Virus record (IMG/VR): IMGVR_UViG_3300017989_000096 | Strand: one strand, 5' to 3' | Length of the DNA: 64,000 nucleotides | Source: an uncultured virus (IMG/VR IMGVR_UViG_3300017989_000096) | Taxonomy: Duplodnaviria > Heunggongvirae > Uroviricota > Caudoviricetes | Shown here: in pieces, positions 1 to 9,209 of the stretch | Layout: the number at the start of each line of letters is the position of its first letter | Numbering within the stretch: the first letter of the stretch is position 1 | Program-made: the position numbers and the translations under genes | The notes under the pieces: generated by a model | Told to the model about the DNA's origin: nothing | What the model saw: only the letters and a program-made list of their open reading frames with translations | The model's database searches: none

Positions 1-2
1 AT

Positions 3-314
3 ACAAAAGTTGAAGGCTGGAAACACTCCCCCAATCACGGCCTAATTCTGTTCTGGGCAATCCCAAAAAACGATAAAAAAGTAAACAGGTTCCCAGCTCC
101 ACTAAATGCTGATGCCATCTTCCCTATTGTGACCCAATACCTGAAAAGCGAAGATGCAAGTAAAGTTGAATGCAAAGACTGGGATGCTGATGCTGACCAC
201 GATGGCCATAATGAACGAGGCTGGCGTGTATACTGCACCGATTGGGGACACGTTGGCAATGAATGCTATGCCCTTATCGCAATCAAACCAGCCTATATCT
301 GGTACGGAAAATAA
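3..314 (+). CDS. hypothetical phage protein (5'-truncated by window)
   Basis: Frame open from base 3 (TKVEGWKHSPNHGLILFW...) through the 129..314 ORF to TAA. Confidence 0.7.
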   Translation, partial: TKVEGWKHSPNHGLILFWAIPKNDKKVNRFPAPLNADAIFPIVTQYLKSEDASKVECKDWDADADHDGHNERGWRVYCTDWGHVGNECYALIAIKPAYIWYGK

Positions 315-359
315 CCACCCCTCTGTGTGGTTGACGAATAAGCCAAATGAGGTCGCTTT

Positions 360-563
360 GTGCTGAGCAAAAAAATCTGCGAAAAATGTAAGCACTATCG
401 CCAACCCTATAGGCTGATGAAATACCCTAAATTCCCAGCCTACTGGTACTGCTATGCCCACTACCCGACCATAATGAGCATGAACGAAAACAGCATGCCC
501 CCTAATCGCTGCCTATATGCTCTGGAACAATTACTGGAAACACAATGCATGTACCCCAATTGA
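360..563 (+). CDS. small Cys-rich protein, MLSKKICxxC...PxxCxYxLE paralog family
   Basis: Same N- and C-terminal motifs as ORFs at 63078-64000; GAGG upstream. Confidence 0.8.
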   Translation: MLSKKICEKCKHYRQPYRLMKYPKFPAYWYCYAHYPTIMSMNENSMPPNRCLYALEQLLETQCMYPN

Positions 564-858
564 AGCAAAATATTCAGGTATCTCAAATTATGACCCAAAT
601 TATAATTATACGGCATTCAGGGTATTTCAAATTTGCAAAGTAGGATCTGATTCGGGCCTATTTTTGCACTTTTTTGGGGCTTTCGTTAAGTGAAACTGGT
701 TGAAAATTGGTTGAAAGGATAGCAAAATCCCATAGAAATTTTGCATTTGACGAATTTCAAAATTTTGAAAAACCCATAATTTTTTTATATCCAACTATAT
801 GTAAAAGAGCTGCGTCAAAGAACTTGCGCGTAAGTTCACTCTAAGCATAGCAAACACA

Positions 859-1218
859 ATGGCTTACGGAAAGCATGAGACTGATCCCAAGCAACGCAAG
901 TACTTGAAAAGGTACTACAAAAAAAATCGCAACGAGATAAAAAAAGAGATGCAGCAGTTACGAACGAGACATGCCCCAAGTACAGTAAACAGGCCCGGAG
1001 GGTTGTCAAAGGATAAGCGCAAGATACGACGCAAAAAAGACTACCCTGAACACATAACACAACCAAGCAGAAGTTCTACAGATTTCAAAACCGGAGAAGA
1101 AGAAACGACACAGCAAATTGCAAACGAGTTATTGAACGTTGCCCGGCTTTTGATAGGGAGTGAAGAGCGTGAGGGCATGAGACAGTTACGTGAAGCTCAA
1201 AAGCGTATAAGAATTTGA
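859..1218 (+). CDS. basic hypothetical protein with internal tag peptide
   Basis: Contains QIANELLNVARLLIG. Confidence 0.65.
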   Translation: MAYGKHETDPKQRKYLKRYYKKNRNEIKKEMQQLRTRHAPSTVNRPGGLSKDKRKIRRKKDYPEHITQPSRSSTDFKTGEEETTQQIANELLNVARLLIGSEEREGMRQLREAQKRIRI

Positions 1219-1385
1219 AGAAACACGTTAAAGCGAAAATTGATAGTGGATTACGACATGGAAAGCAAAAGATTTCGAAACGTATTTAAGATAGCTTTTA
1301 AGCACGTTAAAGCGAGTATCCCAGTAGGTTGGGGGATAGAGAGCCCATAGGTAAGGTTGAGGGAGCTTGTTTTGGAGATTAAAAA

Positions 1386-1643
1386 ATGGATAACGAAATG
1401 GTAGCAAGAACTTTACGCAAAATCGCTCAAGAGATAAGCGAGGACAGAAAGGTAAAGGCAGAGATAAGGCGGGTAGAGGTTTCATTGAAGCAATGTGAGG
1501 CAGCAATAAGGAAGTTGGAATCGGTTTACGAGCAGCATGAAGTAGCTTATGATACTGACGCGAGTTTGGAGTTGGAAATAGTTGAAGGCATACAAGGCAA
1601 TATCGAAATAGCAAAAGAAAAACTTGCCGAACTTAAAGCGTAA
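1386..1643 (+). CDS. tag-bearing coiled-coil protein
   Basis: GGAG RBS; MDNEMVARTLRKIAQEIS. Confidence 0.8.
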   Translation: MDNEMVARTLRKIAQEISEDRKVKAEIRRVEVSLKQCEAAIRKLESVYEQHEVAYDTDASLELEIVEGIQGNIEIAKEKLAELKA

Positions 1644-1658
1644 AAGGAGAACACGAAA

Positions 1659-2024
1659 ATGGATAACGAAATGGTAGCAAGAACTTTGCGCAAAATTGTT
1701 GGTGAGATATTGAAAACGGAGAAGAGGGCAGCAATGAGGCCGTTATTAGGCATAAAGACGATAAAGCAGTTAGCGCAGTTGCCTGAGATGCCCAGAGAGT
1801 TCGTAATCGAGAAAGACGATATCGAATACCTCTTTGAGAACTCAGGAGGCTCGGCTGAAACTATGATGGGTTATTTAAGCAAAGGCAAAGAATGCTGGTT
1901 CGAATGGGAATGCTTTCAAGGTGATACGAGACAAGTAAAAGCTGAATTGGGCTTCTATCGAGTGAAACTCATTTGGAAACCTCGTAAGTTCGAACTAATC
2001 CCTTGGAAAGTCGAAACTACCTAA
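1659..2024 (+). CDS. tag-bearing hypothetical protein
   Basis: AGGAG RBS; MDNEMVARTLRKIVGEIL. Confidence 0.8.
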   Translation: MDNEMVARTLRKIVGEILKTEKRAAMRPLLGIKTIKQLAQLPEMPREFVIEKDDIEYLFENSGGSAETMMGYLSKGKECWFEWECFQGDTRQVKAELGFYRVKLIWKPRKFELIPWKVETT

Positions 2025-2095
2025 GCCGGTAAACGTATAATTAGCTGTATCTGCATAAGCTGTTATGGCTTATGAAATTATGAAAGCAAAAAATA

Positions 2096-2476
2096 GTGGT
2101 AAATCCGGCTGATTATAGCAAATTTGCAAGAGATTTAACGCAACCTTTTGCAATTACACGTAAAGCTGAACCAAAAGGTGAATCGTGGAAAATAACTTGG
2201 CAAGTCGAAATCAAAACGGACCCAGTATGGTTGAGTTATTTGAAACAAGTAGCGCAGCATTTTGCCAACATGGTAGAGCACGATATCAAGATGTTACGTA
2301 CAATAGCACTTTATAACAGGCCCAGAGCATTTACAGGAGACTCAGTGATTATCAATTGGGAATCCAAATGCCTTGAATTGAGATTAGACGTGCAAGCTAT
2401 GGTACAACCTATGGAATTTGCTGTCAAACTGGGCCAGATGGGATTCGATATTGAAACCGGCAAAAACAAAAGCTGA
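2096..2476 (+). CDS. hypothetical protein
   Basis: 126-aa ORF on the coding strand. Confidence 0.6.
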   Translation: MVNPADYSKFARDLTQPFAITRKAEPKGESWKITWQVEIKTDPVWLSYLKQVAQHFANMVEHDIKMLRTIALYNRPRAFTGDSVIINWESKCLELRLDVQAMVQPMEFAVKLGQMGFDIETGKNKS

Positions 2477-2672
2477 GCAACTTTCAAATCCCTTAGAACA
2501 GCTTGAGGCTATACGAGATAAGCTGCCTGATGGGTCTGAATTAAGGGCTGAACTCGACGCAGTTATTGAATCCATGCAACCCAATGCAGAACTCAAAGCC
2601 CAACTAAACAGATTGGTCGATACGATTGAACGACAACGTATCAAACACGGATTGAAATAAGGAGATTAAAAA

Positions 2673-2909
2673 ATGGATAACGTAATGGCAGCAAGAACTT
2701 TACGTAAACTGGCTGCTTGGATATCTCCAACCGGTAGAAACGTACCAGATAAGGCAGACGTATTGAAGTACATAGAGGAAGCCCAAAAGAGTTTAGGATA
2801 TGTAGAAGACGCAGCCAGCAAAGCTTTTGCTGCTAAAGCGGCTATAGCTATTGGTAGAGAAATGGATAACCTGGATAAGCTGATTAAACTGATTAAGCGT
2901 ATGGATTAA
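2673..2909 (+). CDS. tag-bearing hypothetical protein
   Basis: AGGAG RBS; MDNVMAARTLRKLAAWIS. Confidence 0.8.
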   Translation: MDNVMAARTLRKLAAWISPTGRNVPDKADVLKYIEEAQKSLGYVEDAASKAFAAKAAIAIGREMDNLDKLIKLIKRMD

Positions 2910-3218
2910 GGTTGTAAGCATACCTGTGCAGCCTGTATATAGGCTGAAAATATAGATGAAAAGCTGGTTGGACATTAAATTTGGAAATAGCTCGGGTATG
3001 TTTTATGGGTAGGTTGATGGTAGGACGGCCCCGGAGCTTATACATACTGTATGCCGACAAAAAAGAAACGGTTGCAAAAAGCAAAAAGAGCAGAAAACAG
3101 AGTTAAATTATTAAAAAGCAAGAGATTAAATCAAGAATATAGCTCGGTTATTGGATAATGGGGTGGTATGAGGTAGATAAGAGTGAAGCAATGACGAATA
3201 TTATGGGGGGATTTGGCA

Positions 3219-3632
3219 ATGGATGAGAAACAGGTAGCAGGGGAGTTAGTTAGGATAGCGAAGGGGTTAGTAAGTGAAGAGCTTGATGCTGGTAAATTGA
3301 CTCCTGAGTTTAATTCGAGGGGTTTGGAGAGCGAGATTAAGAAGCGTGCAGGGATTGATCCAAAATTGGATTTTGAGATTAAGCCTGGGCGTAGGGGGCC
3401 TTACGTAGCTATTAACAGTAAGAATTTGGTTGACAGTTCAGGGGTATTCAAAGAGGTTTTTACTGATGTACGAATTAGCAATTTTGGTGGTTCAATTGGT
3501 GAAAAGGACGGAAAAATAATTGCATGGATTCCTGTCCATATTGATTGGAAACATAAGGGTGGAGGAACCAACGGAGCTGAGTGGTTTACTGCTTGGTTTG
3601 ATTTTGGCACTAAGAAGTGGACTTTTCGGTAA
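3219..3632 (+). CDS. tag-bearing hypothetical protein
   Basis: MDEKQVAGELVRIAKGLVS. Confidence 0.8.
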   Translation: MDEKQVAGELVRIAKGLVSEELDAGKLTPEFNSRGLESEIKKRAGIDPKLDFEIKPGRRGPYVAINSKNLVDSSGVFKEVFTDVRISNFGGSIGEKDGKIIAWIPVHIDWKHKGGGTNGAEWFTAWFDFGTKKWTFR

Positions 3633-3655
3633 AGTTAAAACAGAGGGGTTAAAAA

Positions 3656-4210
3656 ATGGAAGTCAAGTTAATTGGCGGTGATTTGAAGGCTTTTCAGAAG
3701 CAGTTTGGATTATGGATCAACAGGAAGCGAATGACGCGAAGTCGAAAGCGTCAGAGCATGAAGGATTTTGTTTTGCCTTATTTTGACAGACACAAGGGAA
3801 TTATAGAGCTTAAGTCGCAGCCATTAGCAGCAGGTGAAGAGCGTACGGGTCTGAAATATATCAAGCAGGAGTTTGAAGAGCTTTTAGGGATAGCAAAGCA
3901 TTTAGGTTTCAAGCCAGTGCCTGGCAGTTTGAGGAGGGGTAATGAACAGATAGCAAAAGTAGCTGCTGAACTGCTCAGGATAGCCAGAGAACTGGTGAGC
4001 GCGAGAAAAATTCGTAATGTCAAAGACGCGATGGATACAGTGAAAAAGATGGATAATTTGATAGATGACCTTGAGGAGGAATGGGCAGCGGTTGTGCCAG
4101 TGCATAGAGTGGGAGAACCGGGGCCTCCAGAGAGTGATATGTCCGTTCTTTTGGCAAAACTCCAAGAGAACATAACAGAGTTGCAGAAATTCCTGAAAAC
4201 GATGAAGTAG
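3656..4210 (+). CDS. two-module protein with internal tag
   Basis: Internal NEQIAKVAAELLRIARELVS. Confidence 0.8.
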   Translation: MEVKLIGGDLKAFQKQFGLWINRKRMTRSRKRQSMKDFVLPYFDRHKGIIELKSQPLAAGEERTGLKYIKQEFEELLGIAKHLGFKPVPGSLRRGNEQIAKVAAELLRIARELVSARKIRNVKDAMDTVKKMDNLIDDLEEEWAAVVPVHRVGEPGPPESDMSVLLAKLQENITELQKFLKTMK

Positions 4211-4221
4211 AGGGGAAAAGG

Positions 4222-4437
4222 ATGAACGCGAAAGTAGCTGCTGAATTGGTGAAGATAGCAAAAGAACTGGTTAGTGAGGACAAGCTTATGCGCGATATAG
4301 AGATGCAGGTAAGAGACATTCACAAGCGTTTGGATGAGGCATTAAGGTATGTAAAGAAGAGGTACAGGGATTACCCTCCACTGAGCAAGGAAGAAGCTTC
4401 CAGGCGGGTTCATTGGATGAAGTCAAAAGACAGATAG
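4222..4437 (+). CDS. tag-bearing hypothetical protein
   Basis: MNAKVAAELVKIAKELVS. Confidence 0.8.
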   Translation: MNAKVAAELVKIAKELVSEDKLMRDIEMQVRDIHKRLDEALRYVKKRYRDYPPLSKEEASRRVHWMKSKDR

Positions 4438-4528
4438 GCAATTTTGTCTATTTTGGCTGGAAGAAATAAGAGAGATTAGGAAAGAGATTTTGAAAATGGA
4501 TAAGACTTTACGCGCTTGGGACTGAAAT

Positions 4529-4855
4529 ATGATTGGGCACATAGTGCGCAGATTGGTTGCGAGTTTGATTCCTGCTTGTATTTATTCGCTCAGAGCAAAA
4601 GGCAAAAACAGGATTGTCAAAGTATCCATCAAGTATTGGGACAATGGCATAAACAAAGAAGAAGATTGGCCTTGTAATATATCTCGCAGCACTTGGAGAA
4701 GTTATGTGCGTGCTTTTAACAATTTGCCAAGAGTTTGCAAGCCACCAGGTGCTGCATCAAGGGCCACATATCATACAGGTACGATGGCTGATTTGAGAAA
4801 GCATCGTGAGTTTTTAGAGGGCTTGCGTTTAGAGTGTGGAGCCAGTTTGGAGTAG
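4529..4855 (+). CDS. hypothetical protein
   Basis: 108-aa ORF in gene run. Confidence 0.6.
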   Translation: MIGHIVRRLVASLIPACIYSLRAKGKNRIVKVSIKYWDNGINKEEDWPCNISRSTWRSYVRAFNNLPRVCKPPGAASRATYHTGTMADLRKHREFLEGLRLECGASLE

Positions 4856-4860
4856 ATACA

Positions 4861-5151
4861 ATGGACAATGAACAGGTAGCAAAAGAACTGTTGGAGATTG
4901 CTGCGTTATTAGCAGATAAAAAGACAGCTAACGGCAATATATACTCCGAAGAGGCTTTGAAAAAAGCTGCACGCCGTAAAGTGATTGACAAGATAGGTGA
5001 TTGGGAGTTAGCCATTGAAGCACGTTGGGGAGGTATACCCACACCTATCATATTGAAGGATGGTAAAGAAGTAGATCAGTTGGCTCCGAATTTGAAAGAT
5101 TACGCAGCCAAAAGAGAGTTCAAGAAGTATGTTCAAAAACACGGAGGATAA
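4861..5151 (+). CDS. tag-bearing hypothetical protein
   Basis: GGAG RBS; MDNEQVAKELLEIAALLA. Confidence 0.8.
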   Translation: MDNEQVAKELLEIAALLADKKTANGNIYSEEALKKAARRKVIDKIGDWELAIEARWGGIPTPIILKDGKEVDQLAPNLKDYAAKREFKKYVQKHGG

Positions 5152-5155
5152 AGGA

Positions 5156-5386
5156 ATGAGAAACAGACAAGTAGCAGCTGAACTTTTGAAGATGGCTAAG
5201 GATTTGTCAGCGGCAGTAGCTCCGGGCATGGATAGGGATTTAGCAGCAGTGATTGACCATTGCCAGCAAGTAAGACGAATCATGAAGAAGAATCCAGAAG
5301 ATTTCCCTGGTGCATTAGAGGTACGTATTAGCCAGTTAAGAAAGCTCAGCCAAGAATTGTTGCTGTATACAAAAGGAAAAAAATAG
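5156..5386 (+). CDS. tag-bearing hypothetical protein
   Basis: MRNRQVAAELLKMAKDLSA. Confidence 0.8.
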   Translation: MRNRQVAAELLKMAKDLSAAVAPGMDRDLAAVIDHCQQVRRIMKKNPEDFPGALEVRISQLRKLSQELLLYTKGKK

Positions 5387-5463
5387 CTCGTGTATCGAAT
5401 TGCCAGAAGAAGAACAACAGAGATAGCGCTGAGTCTATGCAGCCCATATGGGGAGAATTTGCA

Positions 5464-5769
5464 ATGGATAACAAAAAGGTAGCTGCTGAGCTTTTGAAGA
5501 TTGCCAAGAGCCTGGTTGCTATTGGAACTGAAGACATATTGCAGGAGTTCCCTCAGCGCAATAGGGCATGGCATTATGATACACGTAAAGAGGTTTTCGT
5601 AGCCGAAGCTTCTGACTTGGGAAGAGGCACTTGGCGTGATCCTTGGAATCGTCCGATTAAGAATAATTGGTTGCGTGAAGTGCGGGATCGTGAAGGCGAT
5701 ATCATAATGTGGAAAGGCTATACAACTGTAAAAAGTAAGAAAGTCGATTTGGTGATTTTTAACGATTGA
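5464..5769 (+). CDS. tag-bearing hypothetical protein
   Basis: MDNKKVAAELLKIAKSLVA. Confidence 0.8.
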   Translation: MDNKKVAAELLKIAKSLVAIGTEDILQEFPQRNRAWHYDTRKEVFVAEASDLGRGTWRDPWNRPIKNNWLREVRDREGDIIMWKGYTTVKSKKVDLVIFND

Positions 5770-5781
5770 GGAGGCAAACCA

Positions 5782-6288
5782 ATGCCCGAGTTTCTTAACC
5801 CGTTTCAAGTAAAAGATTCTGATCGTGCTATGAACTCTCGTGAGCTACAAAGAGCAATCAGACAATCCATTTCGGCTGAAGAAGAAGCAGTGCATTTGTA
5901 CGAAGCTTATGCAGATGCTTGTGATGACGAAGCAATCAAAGAAGTTTTTCAAGACATTGCCGATGAAGAGAAAGTGCACGTAGGTGAGTTTCAAGCAGTT
6001 TTGAATCGTTTGAGTGCTGATGAGGTTGAGTTTCTTGATGAGGGTGAAGATGAAGTAGCAGAGATGTTTGAAGAGAAAGTTGCTTCTGAACTCATAAAGG
6101 TTGCCAAATTTTTGACAGGTGCAACCTACACCCTGACAGATGCTGATATTAAAGACATAGCAGATCATTGTAGTGACAAGCTTAAACAGAAGGCTCGCAA
6201 GTCGGGCAATACAGCTTTGTATGATGCTGCTGAGGCTGTACGCCAAATGGTAGCAGCTCAAATCAAGAAGGTTGGCAAGAAAGGATAA
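5782..6288 (+). CDS. ferritin-like (encapsulated-ferritin/rubrerythrin-type) protein fused to tag and C-terminal helical module
   Basis: RAIRQSISAEEEAVHLYEAYAD...DIADEEKVHVGEF diiron E...ExxH pattern; then EKVASELIKVAKFLTG. Confidence 0.8.
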   Translation: MPEFLNPFQVKDSDRAMNSRELQRAIRQSISAEEEAVHLYEAYADACDDEAIKEVFQDIADEEKVHVGEFQAVLNRLSADEVEFLDEGEDEVAEMFEEKVASELIKVAKFLTGATYTLTDADIKDIADHCSDKLKQKARKSGNTALYDAAEAVRQMVAAQIKKVGKKG

Positions 6289-6291
6289 GCA

Positions 6292-6579
6292 ATGAGTAAT
6301 GAGCAGGCAGCAAGAGAGCTTGTTAAGGTCGCCAAAAGCTTAGTTGGGCAGCCTAATATCAGGAGAAAGATAATTGAATTGATCTCGAAAGCAAATAGTG
6401 CAGTTGGCTATATCAAAGCTGCTGGGGAAGAGTTTGAGGATTTGGTTAACACTCGAAACCTTGATCCTGATGCAAAGAAAAAAGTCGAAGCATTGAAGAG
6501 TGAGTTTGAAAAGCAGGGCAATAGTTACAGAACTTTTGTAACCAAACTGATTAAGGAAATAAAAGACATAGGAAGATGA
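6292..6579 (+). CDS. tag-bearing helical protein
   Basis: MSNEQAARELVKVAKSLVG. Confidence 0.8.
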   Translation: MSNEQAARELVKVAKSLVGQPNIRRKIIELISKANSAVGYIKAAGEEFEDLVNTRNLDPDAKKKVEALKSEFEKQGNSYRTFVTKLIKEIKDIGR

Positions 6580-7052
6580 ACAAAATGAAAACAGCTAAAA
6601 AGCCAGTCATTGACATACTCGACTACAACGTACGCCGCGATGCCATGCTATTCACAATTGACAACAAGAAGTATTTGGCATTAGGTGTGGATACGAATGT
6701 CTTTCATAAAGTGCAAAGGATAATGAGTTTCAGCCATGGCAAGGCTTTGGCTTGGTTGAAAGAGCATGCACATATTAAGAGAGTTGCTTCGGTAGGTAAG
6801 CGAATGAATAGCAAACAGGTTGCACAAGAACTTTTGAAGATTGCAGATAGTTTGTCTGCAAAGATAACAGGGAACAAAAACAAGTTTCTCAGGCAGATAA
6901 GAGATTTGAAAAAATACTCGTTCATAGCCATGCGTACAGCACGTCGGGATGCTGACGATTTCGCTGAAGAGAATCCTGGCGAAGCCAACCCATACGATTC
7001 AGATGTTGATTTTTGGAGTGATGCGTACAACACTTTAGGAGAAATAGCTTGA
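6576..7052 (+). CDS. two-module protein with internal Met+tag
   Basis: Internal MNSKQVAQELLKIADSLSA. Confidence 0.75.
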   Translation: MNKMKTAKKPVIDILDYNVRRDAMLFTIDNKKYLALGVDTNVFHKVQRIMSFSHGKALAWLKEHAHIKRVASVGKRMNSKQVAQELLKIADSLSAKITGNKNKFLRQIRDLKKYSFIAMRTARRDADDFAEENPGEANPYDSDVDFWSDAYNTLGEIA

Positions 7053-7240
7053 AAAGCAAATTCCGACAAGCAAGTGCACATTTAGCTGCGGTTGATGCTT
7101 TGGTGACAAACCTCAAAGTTAAAAAGTTGCCTGTCGATACGACCAAGACTTTGGAACAGATTGAAGTTGAGTTGAATGGTGCACAAAAGTCACTAAGCGA
7201 AGCCCAAAGATTCATGGGCCAAGCATTAGATATCCTATAA
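7049..7240 (+). CDS. small helical protein
   Basis: TTG start overlapping previous stop, GGAG upstream. Confidence 0.5.
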   Translation: MKSKFRQASAHLAAVDALVTNLKVKKLPVDTTKTLEQIEVELNGAQKSLSEAQRFMGQALDIL

Positions 7241-7357
7241 TTTATTGTAAATCATTGTTTTACATATAGTTATAACTTTCCAGCAAAATTATTGGATATT
7301 TTTCAGTAGGATAGAAGGTCAGACTGCAAGAAACAAGGATAGAATTCGGGGAAAATC

Positions 7358-7606
7358 GTGTATGAGAGGATGATAGAGCGTGTTGCTCGCAAAGAATTAG
7401 ATGGCTATGATCCTCTGGCAGTATTATTTGTCGAAGTTCAAGATGCAATTGAAAAGGTTGAAAAAGCTCGCAGAAGAATAGAAGACAAAATGAGGGGTTT
7501 GGATAGAGATGTTTTGCGAATAGTAGATCAGCAAGTTCTGCGTCGATTGAATAAAGCCGTCAGCGAATTGGAGCAAGCTGAAAGATATTTGAAAGGACTG
7601 CTCTAA
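7358..7606 (+). CDS. coiled-coil protein
   Basis: Heptad-rich 82-aa ORF abutting next gene. Confidence 0.65.
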   Translation: MYERMIERVARKELDGYDPLAVLFVEVQDAIEKVEKARRRIEDKMRGLDRDVLRIVDQQVLRRLNKAVSELEQAERYLKGLL

Positions 7607-8590
7607 GTGGCAGATGTTTTCCTCGAAGACTATGCTTCAACATTGGAGGATGCTGCTGGAAAGCTGGCTGACATATCAAAACAGGTAGTCAGCAAACCAG
7701 AAGTGGATTTCAACAAACAGAAAGTCAAAAGAGCTTTGAAGCAGTTGAATGTAGTGCTTGGTTTGTTGAAGAGTAATTTTCGTGTTGCAGGAGAAAGGAC
7801 CAAGATGGTTACCAGCAACATTCGAGTAGCTTCTGAACTGCGCAAGATTGCAAAACTGCTGACTGCTGGTTTGACTGGTGCAGCATTGAAACCGATTGTG
7901 GATAGATTAGGATTCGCACGTCCATTTGTGGAATCCAGTCTACTCAAGATATTGGAGTACTATGGCGTAACAAGCGATAAGGTTGCGCAAATGGTTTTGG
8001 ATGACAGGTCTGTGAAAGTTGTGTTGGGCAGAATGACCAACAGCGCGGAAGACGAAGCTTACAGTTTGGCTGTTGAAAAGTACGGTCAAGATGAATTGGA
8101 ATCAATGCCCAAAAAAGATTTTGACAAGGCTTTGATTGAAGCTCTTGCGGTGGTTTATAAAGCACGCGGTAATGACCCGTTGCAGTTTACCCGATGGAAG
8201 AGTAAGTTTGATCGAGCCATTCCGCCACTTGTTGAGATGGTACAGGATACAGCACCAGGCACGGGACAACTGCAATATGTCGGCGAGATTTTTTCTCGCA
8301 GCAGAATGACGGAAGACGGACCCACGGGTGGTGGGTTGATGCACTCTTATGCTTTGACTCCGCCTGGTTACTACATGGCTATCAAAAAAGCTATTCTCAG
8401 GATGAAGCGTGCTCTTGACAATAAGAAGTTTGGCTATGCGCATATAAGCGTGGTTCCAAAATCGCGTAAGTATGGAGTACCGGTATTGGAGGTATCTGCT
8501 GGATTGGGTGAGAAAAAGTCAGACGATACTAAAATGATGAAAGATTTGTTGAAGTTTTTGAGTAGCAAATTCAAGCTTGAGTTCAAATAG
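7607..8590 (+). CDS. multi-module protein with internal tag
   Basis: Internal NIRVASELRKIAKLLTA after an AGGAG...ATG. Confidence 0.8.
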   Translation: MADVFLEDYASTLEDAAGKLADISKQVVSKPEVDFNKQKVKRALKQLNVVLGLLKSNFRVAGERTKMVTSNIRVASELRKIAKLLTAGLTGAALKPIVDRLGFARPFVESSLLKILEYYGVTSDKVAQMVLDDRSVKVVLGRMTNSAEDEAYSLAVEKYGQDELESMPKKDFDKALIEALAVVYKARGNDPLQFTRWKSKFDRAIPPLVEMVQDTAPGTGQLQYVGEIFSRSRMTEDGPTGGGLMHSYALTPPGYYMAIKKAILRMKRALDNKKFGYAHISVVPKSRKYGVPVLEVSAGLGEKKSDDTKMMKDLLKFLSSKFKLEFK

Positions 8591-9196
8591 ATGGACATTG
8601 AAGATACTCGTATTCCAAAGCATTTAATTCCGAAGTATTTGTACGTTGGAACGTATGCAGAATACTATTACGGTTACGAGGGAGCAAAACATCCGCCAAT
8701 CAAAGAAGTTGGCTTACGCCCAATAACCGGGCAGTTCAAGCATACAGGTAGAAGACGCGATTCGATTTACTTGTCAGCGTCACCACAATTGGCAATGACT
8801 TATGCTCGGTTATATCGTGAACCAATAGTATTGAAGGTTGACGCGGGTAGATTGAGCAAGAGCAAGTTTTACTATGACCCAGACGACATAGGAACTTTGG
8901 AAGAGCCAATCCAGATGGCTTACCGAGGTTCAATACCAGCAAAGCTTATTTCTGTTCACTCAGGAGAGAGAAGAGCAATGAAGAACGAACAAGTTGCCAA
9001 GGAGCTTTTGAAGTTGGCTAAGCAGCTAACAGCAAAAAAGCCAAAACCTGAAAGCTATACTTCCAAACAATTGTGGAAGGTCTACAAAGCTTTGCAACTT
9101 TTGGAGGAAGTTGAGAGAGGACTCTCAAAAAACGCATTCAAAGGGCTTCCGGGTGATTTGAAGAAGGACTATAATTTTACAGATTGGCAATCTTGA
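8591..9196 (+). CDS. Tpt1/KptA-like ADP-ribosyltransferase-fold protein with internal tag
   Basis: YLYVGT...IKEVGLRP...IYLSASPQLA...PIVLKVDA resembles the NAD-binding lobe of Tpt1/ART; then MKNEQVAKELLKLAKQLTA. Confidence 0.6.
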   Translation: MDIEDTRIPKHLIPKYLYVGTYAEYYYGYEGAKHPPIKEVGLRPITGQFKHTGRRRDSIYLSASPQLAMTYARLYREPIVLKVDAGRLSKSKFYYDPDDIGTLEEPIQMAYRGSIPAKLISVHSGERRAMKNEQVAKELLKLAKQLTAKKPKPESYTSKQLWKVYKALQLLEEVERGLSKNAFKGLPGDLKKDYNFTDWQS

Positions 9197-9209
9197 AAGG
9201 GTTTGAGTA

